A stretch of 64,000 nt of DNA from Chloroflexota bacterium (GCA_021787395.1 JAJYLZ010000008.1:11290-75289), one strand, 5' to 3'. Shown: positions 19,070 to 28,481, numbered from the stretch's first letter. The notes: generated from the letters alone by a model not told the origin. Translations and numbers: made by a program.

Positions 19070-20329
19070 TCAGCCCGCCGCGGCCACGTCCCGCAGCGCC
19101 GCGTCGAAGCCCTCGGCGATCCGCGCGATGTCCTGCTCGCTGATCACGAACGCGGGCGAGAACTGGATGCCCACGCTCCGGATGTTCCGGGTGAGCACGC
19201 CGTGCCGCCTGGCCGCCGCCGCCACCGCGTCCACGGCGCCCGGGTTGGCCGCCCGGGCCTCGGCCGACAGCTCCACGGCGGCGGTCAGGCCGACGGTCCG
19301 CACCTCGCCCACCAGCGGCGACGAGGCCAGCCGGCCGATCTCGCGCTCCACCACGGGCTCGAGCGCCCGCACCCGACCCACCAGGTCCTCGCGCTCCATG
19401 ATGTCGAGGTTCGCCATGGCGGCGGCGCAGGCGGTCGCGTGGCCGGAGTAGGTGTAGCCGTGGCGGAACACCGCGCCCGGGATCGGCTCGTCCCAGAACG
19501 GCGCCCGGACCCGGCGGCCCACGACCACGCCGCCCAGCGGCACGTAGCCCGAGGTGACCGCCTTGGCGAACGTGATCATGTCGGGCTCGATCCCGTAGCG
19601 CTGGCTCCCCCACCACCAGCCGGTGCGGCCGAACCCCGTGATGACCTCGTCGGCGATCAGCAGCACGTCGAACTGGCGGCACAGCTGCTGCAGCCCGGCG
19701 AGGTACTCGGGCTGGGGCGGGATCACGCCGCCGGCGCCCACCACCGGCTCCGCGATGAACGCCGCGATCTCCGCCGACCGCGCGGCGAACAGCGACTCCA
19801 CCGCGTCGAGGTCGTGGACGCCGACCTGGATGGTGTCCGCCACCAGGGTCCCGTAGCCCGCCTTGTTGAGCGGGATGCCGGCCAGCGACGTGCCCAGCGC
19901 CGCCATGCCGTGGTAGCCGTGCTCGCGGTGGACGATGATCCGCTTCTCGGGCCGGCCCACGACGTCCCAGTAGCGGCGCGCCAGCTTGCCCGCCGTCTCG
20001 ACCGACTCCGACCCGCCGCTGGTGAGGAACACCGCCGCGTCGGGCATCGGCGCCATCGCCGCGATCCGCGCCGCCAGCTGCACCGTGGGCTCGGTGGTGT
20101 AGGCGCCGAACGACGAGTAGGCCGAGATCCGCCGCATCTGGGCCGCGGCCGCGTCGGCGATCTCGGCCCGGCCGTAGCCGGCGACCGTGTACCAGAGCGC
20201 GGCGGTGGCGTCGAGGTACTGGTTGCCGTTGACGTCGGTGACCCAGGCGCCGTCGCCCTCGCGGATCACCAGCTCGGCGTCCTTGACCACGTGCATGTCG
20301 GCGAAGCCGTGCCAGAAGCTGGTGCTCAT
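19070..20329 (-). CDS. class III PLP aminotransferase
   Basis: SGGSES, YHG, EPVVGAGG, DEVITGFGRTG, FAKAVTSG and GYTYSGH. Confidence 0.93.
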   Translation of the reverse strand: MSTSFWHGFADMHVVKDAELVIREGDGAWVTDVNGNQYLDATAALWYTVAGYGRAEIADAAAAQMRRISAYSSFGAYTTEPTVQLAARIAAMAPMPDAAVFLTSGGSESVETAGKLARRYWDVVGRPEKRIIVHREHGYHGMAALGTSLAGIPLNKAGYGTLVADTIQVGVHDLDAVESLFAARSAEIAAFIAEPVVGAGGVIPPQPEYLAGLQQLCRQFDVLLIADEVITGFGRTGWWWGSQRYGIEPDMITFAKAVTSGYVPLGGVVVGRRVRAPFWDEPIPGAVFRHGYTYSGHATACAAAMANLDIMEREDLVGRVRALEPVVEREIGRLASSPLVGEVRTVGLTAAVELSAEARAANPGAVDAVAAAARRHGVLTRNIRSVGIQFSPAFVISEQDIARIAEGFDAALRDVAAAG

Positions 20330-20426
20330 CGGGTCTCCTTGCGCGCGGGACGGGCCGGGGAGGCTGGGGCCCCGGGCCCGGGGGTCGGGCTCTCGGCGGG
20401 GGCGCGGCCAGACTACCCCAGACCGG

Positions 20427-21524
20427 TCACCGGTCTCGCTGCTGGGCCTCGCGGGCCTGGCGCCGCCGGGCGGCCCGGTTGTCCGCCGGCAGCGGGCGGG
20501 CGTCCCGCACCGTCCGAGGGTCGAGGCCCGCCTCGACGGCGTCGTCGAGGTTCATGGCGGCGTACGACGCGCCCTTCGCCAGGCGGCGGACGGCCGCCTG
20601 CGCGGCCTCCGGGGTCCGGTCGGCGAGGCGGGTGGCGTTGGCGAGGCCCACGCGGGCCAGCCCGCGGTCGTTCGAGGAGGCGGCGTACTGCGCGGCCCAC
20701 ACCAGTTCGGGCGCCTGGTCCACCTCGACGCCGTCCTCGCGGGCGGTCAGGACCGCGCACACGATCCCGCGGTCGCCCGGCGCCTGGCGGACGAGGTACC
20801 AGTTGTCGGGGCCGGCGATCAGGTCCACCAGCAGCGACTGCCAGGGTGCGTCGAAGAAGGTGGCGCCGCCGGCGGCGTGGGCGGACCCGCCGGTGATGGC
20901 GAGCATCGCGTGCATGTCGCCGACGCGGGCGAGCAGTCGCCGGCTCGCGTTCGTGAACAGCGCCCGCTCCGAGGCGTTGTCGCCGATCGCCACCGCATCG
21001 GGCTCCTCGACCACGATCATCGGGCAGTCCGCCTCGGCCAGCGCGGCGACCTCGCGGCCAAGCGCCTCGGCGATGCTCAGCGTCACGTCGAAGCGGGCGG
21101 CGGTCAGGCCGACCGGGGGCGGCGGCTCCTCGTCCGCCTCCCGAGCCCGGCGCACGGCGTCGTCGATCGCCAGGCGGCCCAGGGTGTACGGCCCGGGCAC
21201 GGCCTGCGCGACGGCGGCCGCCCCGGGCGCCGCGGCCGATGCGGCGGTCCAGGCCGCGACCAGCGGCCGCTCGGCGTCGAGGCGGCCCTCGAAGATGGCC
21301 AGCCGGACCGCCTCGGTCATGTCAGGCCAGCGCACCTGGCCGTCGGTGAGCAGCCCGAAGCCGGCCTCGGCCTGGGCGGCCAGGACCTCGGCCACGAGCC
21401 GGCTGGTGGCGGCCTCGAGCGCCGCGGCGTCGGCACGCCCGGCGGCCACGTCGGCCTCGAGCGCGGCCAGGTCGATCCCGTCGGAGGTCACGCGGGGCCA
21501 GGGCCCCTGCAGCATGGCGAACAT
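20427..21524 (-). CDS. MetE C-terminal-like (methionine synthase II/UROD-like barrel) protein lacking Zn ligands
   Basis: AQAEAGFGLLTDGQ, VPGPYTL and IVVEEP; no HxC or PxCG motif. Confidence 0.6.
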   Translation of the reverse strand: MFAMLQGPWPRVTSDGIDLAALEADVAAGRADAAALEAATSRLVAEVLAAQAEAGFGLLTDGQVRWPDMTEAVRLAIFEGRLDAERPLVAAWTAASAAAPGAAAVAQAVPGPYTLGRLAIDDAVRRAREADEEPPPPVGLTAARFDVTLSIAEALGREVAALAEADCPMIVVEEPDAVAIGDNASERALFTNASRRLLARVGDMHAMLAITGGSAHAAGGATFFDAPWQSLLVDLIAGPDNWYLVRQAPGDRGIVCAVLTAREDGVEVDQAPELVWAAQYAASSNDRGLARVGLANATRLADRTPEAAQAAVRRLAKGASYAAMNLDDAVEAGLDPRTVRDARPLPADNRAARRRQAREAQQRDR

Positions 21525-21630
21525 GCGGGAGATCGTATCGTCCCGACGGGCTTGGGTATGATCGGAACGACGGGCGGGCCCCGCGCGAGAGGGTGCGCCG
21601 GGCCACGCGAGCTGCCCGCACGGAGGACAG

Positions 21631-22251
21631 GTGCCGGGAAACGACGACGCGCAAGCGCAGCGCCGTGCCGAGGACGCCGCCCTGCTGACGCGGATCGTCG
21701 CCCGCGACGAGGCCGCGGTCGAGGAGCTGTACGCCCGCTACGCCGGGCCCCTCTACTCGCTCGCGTACCAGGTCACCGGCGCCGAGAGGTTCGCGCAGGA
21801 CGTGGTCCAGGAGACGTTCGTCGCCGTGTGGCGCGACGCCGTGCGCTTCGACCCCGAGCGGGGCGCGGTGGGGCCGTGGCTGTTCTCCCTGGCGCGCCAC
21901 AAGGCGATCGACCTGGTCAGGCGCGAGCAGAACGTCCGCAAGCGGACGGCCGACGTCGACCTCGAGTTCGAGCAGGCCGACGACGACGTCGACCAGGAGG
22001 CCTGGCTGCGAATCCGGCGCGAGCGCGTCCGGGCGGCGATCGAGGAGCTCACGCCCCTCCAGCGCGAGGCGCTCGAGCTGGCGTTCTTCGGGGGCCTCAC
22101 GCACGTCGAGGTGGCGGAGCGCCTCGGCATCCCGCTGGGCACGGCCAAGACGCGCATCCGCAGCGCGCTCCTGCGACTCCGGGACGTCCTGGGCGATTCC
22201 CTGTCCGACGCTCCGGGCGGCGCGGTCCTCGAGCCGGGGGCGAGCGCATGA
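21631..22251 (+). CDS. ECF RNA polymerase sigma factor (SigK-like)
   Basis: DVVQETF..W region 2, ARHKAID, and region 4 with GIPLGTAKTRIR. Confidence 0.9.
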   Translation: MPGNDDAQAQRRAEDAALLTRIVARDEAAVEELYARYAGPLYSLAYQVTGAERFAQDVVQETFVAVWRDAVRFDPERGAVGPWLFSLARHKAIDLVRREQNVRKRTADVDLEFEQADDDVDQEAWLRIRRERVRAAIEELTPLQREALELAFFGGLTHVEVAERLGIPLGTAKTRIRSALLRLRDVLGDSLSDAPGGAVLEPGASA

Positions 22252-22496
22252 CCCGCGGCCACCGGCACGGCGGAGACCTGGCTGCCGGCGCGGCGCTGGC
22301 TGACCTGACCCCGCGGGAGCTGACCCGCTGGGCCCGACGGCGCGCTGCGTGCCCCGCCTGCCGTGCGCTCGAGGCCGAGCTCGACGGGGTGCTGGCCGAG
22401 CTGGCGCTGGCCGCGTCGCCGCGCCTGCCGCCGCCGTCGGTCCTGGACGGGATCCGCGCCGAGATCCGGGCGCAGGCCGAGCCGTCGCGGTCCTGA
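22248..22496 (+). CDS. short cytoplasmic zf-HC2-like anti-sigma protein, 82 aa
   Basis: ATGA overlap with the sigma gene; H..CPAC and PPPSVLDGIRAEI. Confidence 0.7.
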   Translation: MTRGHRHGGDLAAGAALADLTPRELTRWARRRAACPACRALEAELDGVLAELALAASPRLPPPSVLDGIRAEIRAQAEPSRS

Positions 22497-22504
22497 GGCC
22501 GGGT

Positions 22505-23761
22505 TCAGCCGAGTCCGGCCAGCGGGCTCCAGTGCTGGTACCCGAGCGCCCACAGCGCCCCGAAGGCCACCGCGAGCCCGAGAAGGCCGATCGCCTGGAC
22601 GGCGAGCATGCCGCCGCGCCCGAGCAGCGGCACCGCCGTGCCGGGCTCCGGCCCCGGCCTGAGCCACAGCGAGTTCCGCACCGGCACGCCGGTCGGCATG
22701 AACAACAGGCCGAACCAGAGCCCCGTGAGCAGGCCGCCGACGTGGGCGAGGTTGTCGATGTCGGGGGAGGTGGCGCCCAGGTACAGGTTGAGCGCGATCA
22801 GGCCCACCAGGTTGACGAACAGGCCGCGCGTGTTCGGGCCGAGGTTCGGCCGCTGCACCGCGAGGGCGCCGACCAGCAGCCCGAACAGCCCGAAGATCGC
22901 GCCCGAGGCGCCGACCGCGAGCTGGTTGACGACGACGTTCTGCACGATCTGGGGCCCGGGGGCGAACGAGAGGAGCGAGCCGCCGAGCGCGCACACGACG
23001 TAGACCGCGAGCATGCGCCAGCGCCCGTACAGCCGCTCCACGAGCGGCCCGAAGATCCAGATCGCGTACATGTTGAACGCGAGGTGCAGCGGGTTCACGT
23101 CGAGCGGCAGGTGGACGAGCGCCACGGTCAGGAGCCGGTACAGCTGGCCGGCCGCGACTGCCGCCTTGTCCAGCTCCAGGGCCGCCAGCAGCTTGCCGCC
23201 GTCGGCGCCGCCGATGTCCGCGACCAGCGAGACGATCGTGGTCACCCCGATGATCGCGAGCGTCATGACGGCCGCCGAGCCGCCCCGCGCCCGGGAGAAG
23301 TACCGGCCCGCCGCCTTCGAGTCGCCCAGCTCCCGGCTCAGCCAGCCGAGGCGGGACGCGATCTCGGCCTTGTCCTGCGGCGGCGCGAGCCGGTCGGCCT
23401 GCCGGTAGGCGTCGAGCGCGCCGGCCAGGTCCGCCCGCCGCACCCGGGCGCCCGCCAGCTCGCGCCAGGCGGGGTAGCTCGCCGGCGTCAGCGGCAGCTG
23501 CGTGACCTCCTGCCAGGCTCCCACGGCCTGGTCCTCCTGCCCCAGCCGGTGCATCGCCTGGCCGAAGCCGAGCAGGGCTGCCGACGTCACGGCCGGGTCG
23601 TCGAAGCCGATGACCCGCTGGTAGAGCCGCGCCGCGTCCAGGAACTGGGACGCGCCCATCAGCTCGGCGGCGTGGTCCAGCGCGCCGAGCGCCTGTTCGC
23701 GGCCCAGCGGCCCGCTGCTGGCGAGCGTGCCGTGGAAGTCGAAGGAGGGCTGACCTGTCAC
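22505..23761 (-). CDS. TPR-fused rhomboid intramembrane serine protease
   Basis: N-terminal TPR-like helices; HLAFNM, GASGAIFG (catalytic Ser) and AHVGG (catalytic His); GTG 23761 sits 6 nt after a TACCCT -10. Confidence 0.85.
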   Translation of the reverse strand: MTGQPSFDFHGTLASSGPLGREQALGALDHAAELMGASQFLDAARLYQRVIGFDDPAVTSAALLGFGQAMHRLGQEDQAVGAWQEVTQLPLTPASYPAWRELAGARVRRADLAGALDAYRQADRLAPPQDKAEIASRLGWLSRELGDSKAAGRYFSRARGGSAAVMTLAIIGVTTIVSLVADIGGADGGKLLAALELDKAAVAAGQLYRLLTVALVHLPLDVNPLHLAFNMYAIWIFGPLVERLYGRWRMLAVYVVCALGGSLLSFAPGPQIVQNVVVNQLAVGASGAIFGLFGLLVGALAVQRPNLGPNTRGLFVNLVGLIALNLYLGATSPDIDNLAHVGGLLTGLWFGLLFMPTGVPVRNSLWLRPGPEPGTAVPLLGRGGMLAVQAIGLLGLAVAFGALWALGYQHWSPLAGLG

Positions 23762-23901
23762 GAGGCGAGGGTACACGGGCCGGCCGCCCGCGGCGCCATC
23801 GGCCGGAGGTACCACCGCAGCTCGCCAGCCCTCCTGCCGGCGTCCCGCGAGCGGGGCGAGGGCAGGAGTCGCGGGCCCTGGGCCGACTAGACTGGTGGCC
23901 A

Positions 23902-24597
23902 ATGTGCGGACGGTTCCAGCAGCAGCGGCCGACCTCGGAGCTCGCGGCGATCTTCGAGGCCGAGGACCTGACCGACGGCCCGGGGCCGCGGTTCAACATC
24001 GCGCCCACCAACGAGGCGTCCGTCGTCGTGCAGCGCGAGGACCGCCGCGCGATCGTGCGCTACCGCTGGGGCCTGGTCCCGGCCTGGAGCGACGACCCGA
24101 GGATCGCGTCGCGCACGTTCAACGCCCGCGCCGAGTCCGTGGCCACGAGCCCGATGTTCCGCGACGCGTTCAAGCGGCGCCGGTGCCTCGTGCCCGTGGA
24201 CGGCTTCTACGAGTGGCACCGGGCCGGTGCGGAGCGTACCCCGCTCACCATCTTCGACCCCGACGGCCGCCCGCTCGCGCTGGCGGGCCTGTGGACTGGC
24301 CGCCAGGACCCCGAGACCGGCGAGTGGCAGCGCACGTTCACGGTCATCACCAGCCGCCCCAACGCGTTCATGGCCCGCATCCACGATCGGATGCCCGTCG
24401 TGATCGAGCCGGGCGACTGGGGGCTCTGGCTGGACCCGGCGCCGCGAGATGCGGGCGAGCTGCTGGCGCTCCTCGAGCCGCGCGAGGACCTGGCCCTCGA
24501 CGGGTACGCGGTGCGACCGCTGGTGAACAGCGTCCGCAACGACGGCCCGGAGCTGCTGGTGCCGGCTGCGGGCGCAAGCGGACTGCTCCTCCCCTGA
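23902..24597 (+). CDS. SOS response-associated peptidase (SRAP/YedK)
   Basis: MCGRF N-terminus (catalytic Cys2), FNARAE, GFYEW and IHDRMP. Confidence 0.93.
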   Translation: MCGRFQQQRPTSELAAIFEAEDLTDGPGPRFNIAPTNEASVVVQREDRRAIVRYRWGLVPAWSDDPRIASRTFNARAESVATSPMFRDAFKRRRCLVPVDGFYEWHRAGAERTPLTIFDPDGRPLALAGLWTGRQDPETGEWQRTFTVITSRPNAFMARIHDRMPVVIEPGDWGLWLDPAPRDAGELLALLEPREDLALDGYAVRPLVNSVRNDGPELLVPAAGASGLLLP

Positions 24598-24622
24598 GGT
24601 CAGCCCGCCGGACTGCGCCGGG

Positions 24623-25312
24623 TCAGTCGGCCGGGGAGGTCTCCCAGCCGGTGGCGCCCTGCGCGGCCGCGAACGCCTCGGCGGGCGGGGCCCCGGCGTC
24701 CAGCGTCGCCGCGTACGCCGCGACGATCGCCTCGAAGGCGCCCGCGTCGCCCTCGTCGGGGCTCGGCACGGAGAGCACCGTGGCGTCCTCGGGCAGGCCG
24801 GCGGGCACCGCGCCCGGCGCCTCACGCACCGGCGGGAGCAGCACCACCAGCTGCATCTGGGCGTAGCCGGCCGCCGACACCGCGGCGGCGAGCGCCTCAG
24901 CGGGGGCGTCCTCGGTGACCACCAGGACGCCGCTGGGCTCGAGGTACCGGACGGCGAGGTCCACATCCGCGCCCTCGAGGCGGGCGCCGGCCGAAGAGGC
25001 GGTCCTGGCAGCCGCCCGGCGGGAGGGCACAGGCTCGCCGACGGGAGACGAGCCGTCATCGTCGGGCGCCGCGGGAGGCGGGTCCACGACCAGGGTCGGC
25101 CGCGTGGGGTCGCGCAGGACGGTCGCGTGCCCGACGCCCGCCCGCGCGAGGGCGATGAGGAGCGCCTCGCCGGCGGCGTCCTCGCCGACGCGGCCGACCA
25201 GCTCCACGCGCGCGCCCCGAGCGGCGGCGGCGAGGGCGATCCCGCAGGCGCGGCCCGCGGGTCCGGGCGGGACGGCCGAGCGCCAGGCCGGACTGCCGAC
25301 GATCACGATCAC
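24623..25312 (-). CDS. truncated PfkB/ribokinase-like protein
   Basis: N-terminal ARGARVELVGRVGEDAAG matches PfkB; no C-terminal DTxGAGD. Confidence 0.6.
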   Translation of the reverse strand: MIVIVGSPAWRSAVPPGPAGRACGIALAAAARGARVELVGRVGEDAAGEALLIALARAGVGHATVLRDPTRPTLVVDPPPAAPDDDGSSPVGEPVPSRRAAARTASSAGARLEGADVDLAVRYLEPSGVLVVTEDAPAEALAAAVSAAGYAQMQLVVLLPPVREAPGAVPAGLPEDATVLSVPSPDEGDAGAFEAIVAAYAATLDAGAPPAEAFAAAQGATGWETSPAD

Positions 25313-25358
25313 GCGGCCAGCCTACACCGGTGCGAGCCGGTCTCGGGCGGCTGGCGCG

Positions 25359-26153
25359 TCAGTGGTCGGGCGAATGCGACGGCCAGGGCGACCAGCTGGG
25401 CCAGGGCGACCAGCTGGGCCAGGGCGACCAGCTGGGCGAGGGCGACGGGGAGCCCTCGCCCTCGCCGCTGCCCTCGGGGGTCGGCGACGGGCTGGCGGTG
25501 GGCCGCGGCGTGCCGGTCGGGCGCGGCGTGGCCTTCGAGCCGCCCGATCCGTCCTGCGCCCTCGGCGTGCCGGTCGGCTCACCGGAGTCGCTCGGCTCGG
25601 GGCTCTCCGAGACGCCGGGCGCCTCGCTGCCCTGCGGCGCCGAGCTCTCGGCCGGCTCCGGGGAGGCCGACAGCCCGGGAGGCTCCGAGGCGGTCGCGGG
25701 CGCGGCCGGGGACGCGGTGACCCCCGGCACGGGACCGGGCGCTCGATTGCCGAACAGGCCGAGCGCCCCGGCGGCGCCCGCGGCCGCGGCGCCCGTGACC
25801 AGCGTCGCGGTCAGCACCAGGGCGAGCGCCTGGGCGCGCGCGGCGGCCGGGAACCCGTGGCCGAACGCGACCCGCACGGCGTCCCGCAGCGAGGCTGCCA
25901 ACGCCACCGGCGCCAGGCGCCGAACGGCGGATCCGGCGGCGGCCACGGGCGCGGGCGCGGGCTCGGACGCGACGGCCGCCATGACCCGGTCGGCGAAGCC
26001 GGCACTCGGCCGGACCGTTCCGCGGTCCGCCACGCCCTCGAGGTCGCGGGCGAGCCGACCGTCTGCCGCCACGTCGTCGGGCGGCAGCTCCAGCCCGCCC
26101 AGCTCGGACGCGGAGAAGGGGTTCGGGTTGTGGCCCGGATAGCGCGCGCTCAT
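25359..26153 (-). CDS. putative membrane anti-sigma factor with Pro/Ser-rich tail
   Basis: ATGA overlap with the ECF gene; GFADRVMAAV cytoplasmic motif, one TM helix, low-complexity C-terminus. Confidence 0.75.
   Translation of the reverse strand: MSARYPGHNPNPFSASELGGLELPPDDVAADGRLARDLEGVADRGTVRPSAGFADRVMAAVASEPAPAPVAAAGSAVRRLAPVALAASLRDAVRVAFGHGFPAAARAQALALVLTATLVTGAAAAGAAGALGLFGNRAPGPVPGVTASPAAPATASEPPGLSASPEPAESSAPQGSEAPGVSESPEPSDSGEPTGTPRAQDGSGGSKATPRPTGTPRPTASPSPTPEGSGEGEGSPSPSPSWSPWPSWSPWPSWSPWPSHSPDH
25380..25433 (-). repeat. 3x 18-bp in-frame tandem repeat encoding (SWSPWP)3
   Basis: GGCCAGGGCGACCAGCTG repeated on the + strand at 25381-25434. Confidence 0.95.
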
Positions 26154-26839
26154 CGGTCCTGCTCCTCGAGGGCCTTGCGCAGGCGGGCCAGGCCCCGGTG
26201 CAGGTGCGTCTTCACCGTGCCCAGCGGGCGGTCGGTCGCGGCCGCGATCTCGAGCAGCGACCGCTCCGCGAAGAACCGCAGCGCGACGACCTCGCGGTAC
26301 GGCTCCTCGAGGGCGGCCACGGCGGCCCGGATGCGGGCGTCCTGCTCGGCCCGCAGCACGCTGTGCGCGGGATCGACCGCGTCGGCGCCGCCAGCCGTCC
26401 GGAAGCGGTCCCGGCCGGGCTCGTCCGCCTCCGCCGCGATCGGGTCGAGCCAGGTCACCTGCTTCCGCCGGCCGGCGTTGCGGATCGCGAGGCGGACCGC
26501 GATGCGCGCCAGCCAGGCGCCGAACGGGCCGTCGGCGCGCCACGAGCCGAGCGACCGGTAGGCGATCACGAACGCCTCCTGGGCGACGTCCTCGGCCTCG
26601 GAGCGGTCGCCGAGGATGCGCGCGCAGGCCGCGACCACCCAGGCGCTCTCACGCTCGACCAGTTGGCGGTAGGCGTCCCGGTCACCAGCCAGCACGGCTG
26701 CGACGATCGTGCGGTCATCATTCGCGGCTTCGGGTTCGAGGGCGACGTCCGGGCGTCCGTCCGTGGGCGTGTCCTCCGTGCTGCGCGATGCGCCGGCCCG
26801 GGCGGGGCCGGCGTGGGCTCGTGCCCCGTCCGCCGCCAT
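26150..26839 (-). CDS. ECF RNA polymerase sigma factor (SigW/SigE-like)
   Basis: AEDVAQEAF, FGAWLARIA, LEEPYREVVALR and PLGTVKTHLHR; start uncertain (26839 or 26881). Confidence 0.9.
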   Translation of the reverse strand: MAADGARAHAGPARAGASRSTEDTPTDGRPDVALEPEAANDDRTIVAAVLAGDRDAYRQLVERESAWVVAACARILGDRSEAEDVAQEAFVIAYRSLGSWRADGPFGAWLARIAVRLAIRNAGRRKQVTWLDPIAAEADEPGRDRFRTAGGADAVDPAHSVLRAEQDARIRAAVAALEEPYREVVALRFFAERSLLEIAAATDRPLGTVKTHLHRGLARLRKALEEQDR

Positions 26840-27160
26840 TGTCGCGGACGAGGGGGATACCCATCGCAGAACGGAAGTCATCGGCTCCGGGTCAGGAGGG
26901 CCTACCGGTCGCCACCTCCATGATCGCCCCGGTCGCCGGGCGCGCCGCCACGGCGGCGGCCGTCCCCGGACAGCTCGGGGGTTGAGCCGACGGGGCGCTC
27001 CGATGCGGGCTGCGTCGCGGCCGCTCGGGCGGGCTGGCGGCGGGTCGGGCGGTCTCGCATGGGCTGGGCGCTCCCGGGGTGGATGCAGCCTCCATGGCGG
27101 GGCCGCTTCACCCTGTGTGAGCCGCCGCCCCGCGGAAAGGTTTCAGCGGCGCCGCCGGCG

Positions 27161-28393
27161 TCAGCGCGCGCCGAGGACCGCCGCCCCGCCGCCCGTCCCG
27201 AGGCGCCGGAGCTCGGGGACCAGGGCGGCCACGGCCAGCGCGCCCAGCGTCGTCAGCACCGCGCCGCCGCCCACCGCGAGCGCGGGCGACGTACGCTCCG
27301 CGACGGCGCCCGCCGCGAGGTTGCCCAGGGGGATCAGCCCGGTGGACGTCAGGATGTAGAGGCTCATCACGCGGCCCCGGAGGCGCGGCGGCACCAGCAC
27401 CTGGACCAGCGTGTTGGTGGTGGCGTAGTAGCCCACCTGGCACGCCCCGAGGACCGCCAGGGCGGCCATCGAGAGCGGCACCACGCGCGACCAGCCGAAG
27501 ACCGCCTCGGCGACGCCCGCGATCGCGAGCGAGCCGAGCAGGGCGCGCCCGCTGCCGCCCGACGGGCGGAGCACCGCCATCGCGAGCGCGCCGGCCAGCG
27601 CGCCGACGCCGATCGACGCGCTGAGCAGGCCGAGCCCGGCTGCGCCGATGCCCAGGACGTCTCGGGCGAAGACGGGCAGCAGCATGAGGTAGTTGAGCAG
27701 CAGCAGCGCCGGCAGGCCGGCCAGCAGCACCAGCGCGGCGACCACCCGGCTCCCCCGGACGTACCGCACGCCGTCGAGGAGGTTGGACCACATCGAGGCC
27801 TGCGCCCGCGCCATGGCGGACGGCGAGCCCTTGGGCAGCGAGAGGAACACGACCGCGACCGCCACCAGCGCGAGCCCGTTGCCCCAGAACGCGAGGTAGA
27901 GCCCGCCCGCGGCGATCACGGCGCCAGCCGCCGCGGGGCCGATGATCCGGGACAGGTTGAACTGGGCGGAGTTGAGCGCCACGGCCGAGCCGACCGTCCC
28001 CCCGTCCACGAGGGTGGACACGATCGCCTGGTAGGCCGGCGTCTGGACCGCGACGGCCACCCCGGCGAGCGCGGCCAGCAAGGCGACGTGCCAGAACGCG
28101 ACCGCCCCCGTCGTGGTCAGGAGCGCCAGCACCAGGGCCACGATCGCGGCGAAGCCCTGCGTCGCCACCAGCACCAGCCGGCGGTCCACCTGGTCGGCGA
28201 TCACGCCGGCCGGGACCGACAGCAGCAGGATCGGCAGCTGGCCGATGGCCGACACGACGCCCAGCGCCTCGGGCGAGTTGGTGAGCTGGAGGACGAGCCA
28301 GCCCTGGGCGGTCGACTGCATCCAGGAGCCGATCGAGCCGATGAACGCTCCCGCCAGGTACAGCCGGAAGGCGGTGGACGCCAGCGCGGGCAA
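27161..28393 (-). CDS. MFS transporter
   Basis: FRLYLAG..IGSWMQ, GVIADQVDRR and LRGRVMS, about 12 TM; first usable start is TTG 28393. Confidence 0.88.
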   Translation of the reverse strand: MPALASTAFRLYLAGAFIGSIGSWMQSTAQGWLVLQLTNSPEALGVVSAIGQLPILLLSVPAGVIADQVDRRLVLVATQGFAAIVALVLALLTTTGAVAFWHVALLAALAGVAVAVQTPAYQAIVSTLVDGGTVGSAVALNSAQFNLSRIIGPAAAGAVIAAGGLYLAFWGNGLALVAVAVVFLSLPKGSPSAMARAQASMWSNLLDGVRYVRGSRVVAALVLLAGLPALLLLNYLMLLPVFARDVLGIGAAGLGLLSASIGVGALAGALAMAVLRPSGGSGRALLGSLAIAGVAEAVFGWSRVVPLSMAALAVLGACQVGYYATTNTLVQVLVPPRLRGRVMSLYILTSTGLIPLGNLAAGAVAERTSPALAVGGGAVLTTLGALAVAALVPELRRLGTGGGAAVLGAR

Positions 28394-28481
28394 CCTCGCC
28401 GCGAGGCCGCTCTGCGCGCCTCGCGCCGCGACGGGCTCGGCGGCAGGACCCGCCGGACCCGCGGTGGTGGCCGTCTCGCCG

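Noticed and set aside
21557-21590. ECF-type GGAACG promoter upstream of the SigK-like gene
   Set aside because: The -10 position reads CGAG rather than CGTN; an overlapping TATGAT explains the promoter equally well
25381-25446. CRISPR-like repeat array
   Set aside because: Contiguous 18-bp units without spacers, in frame within a CDS; no cas genes
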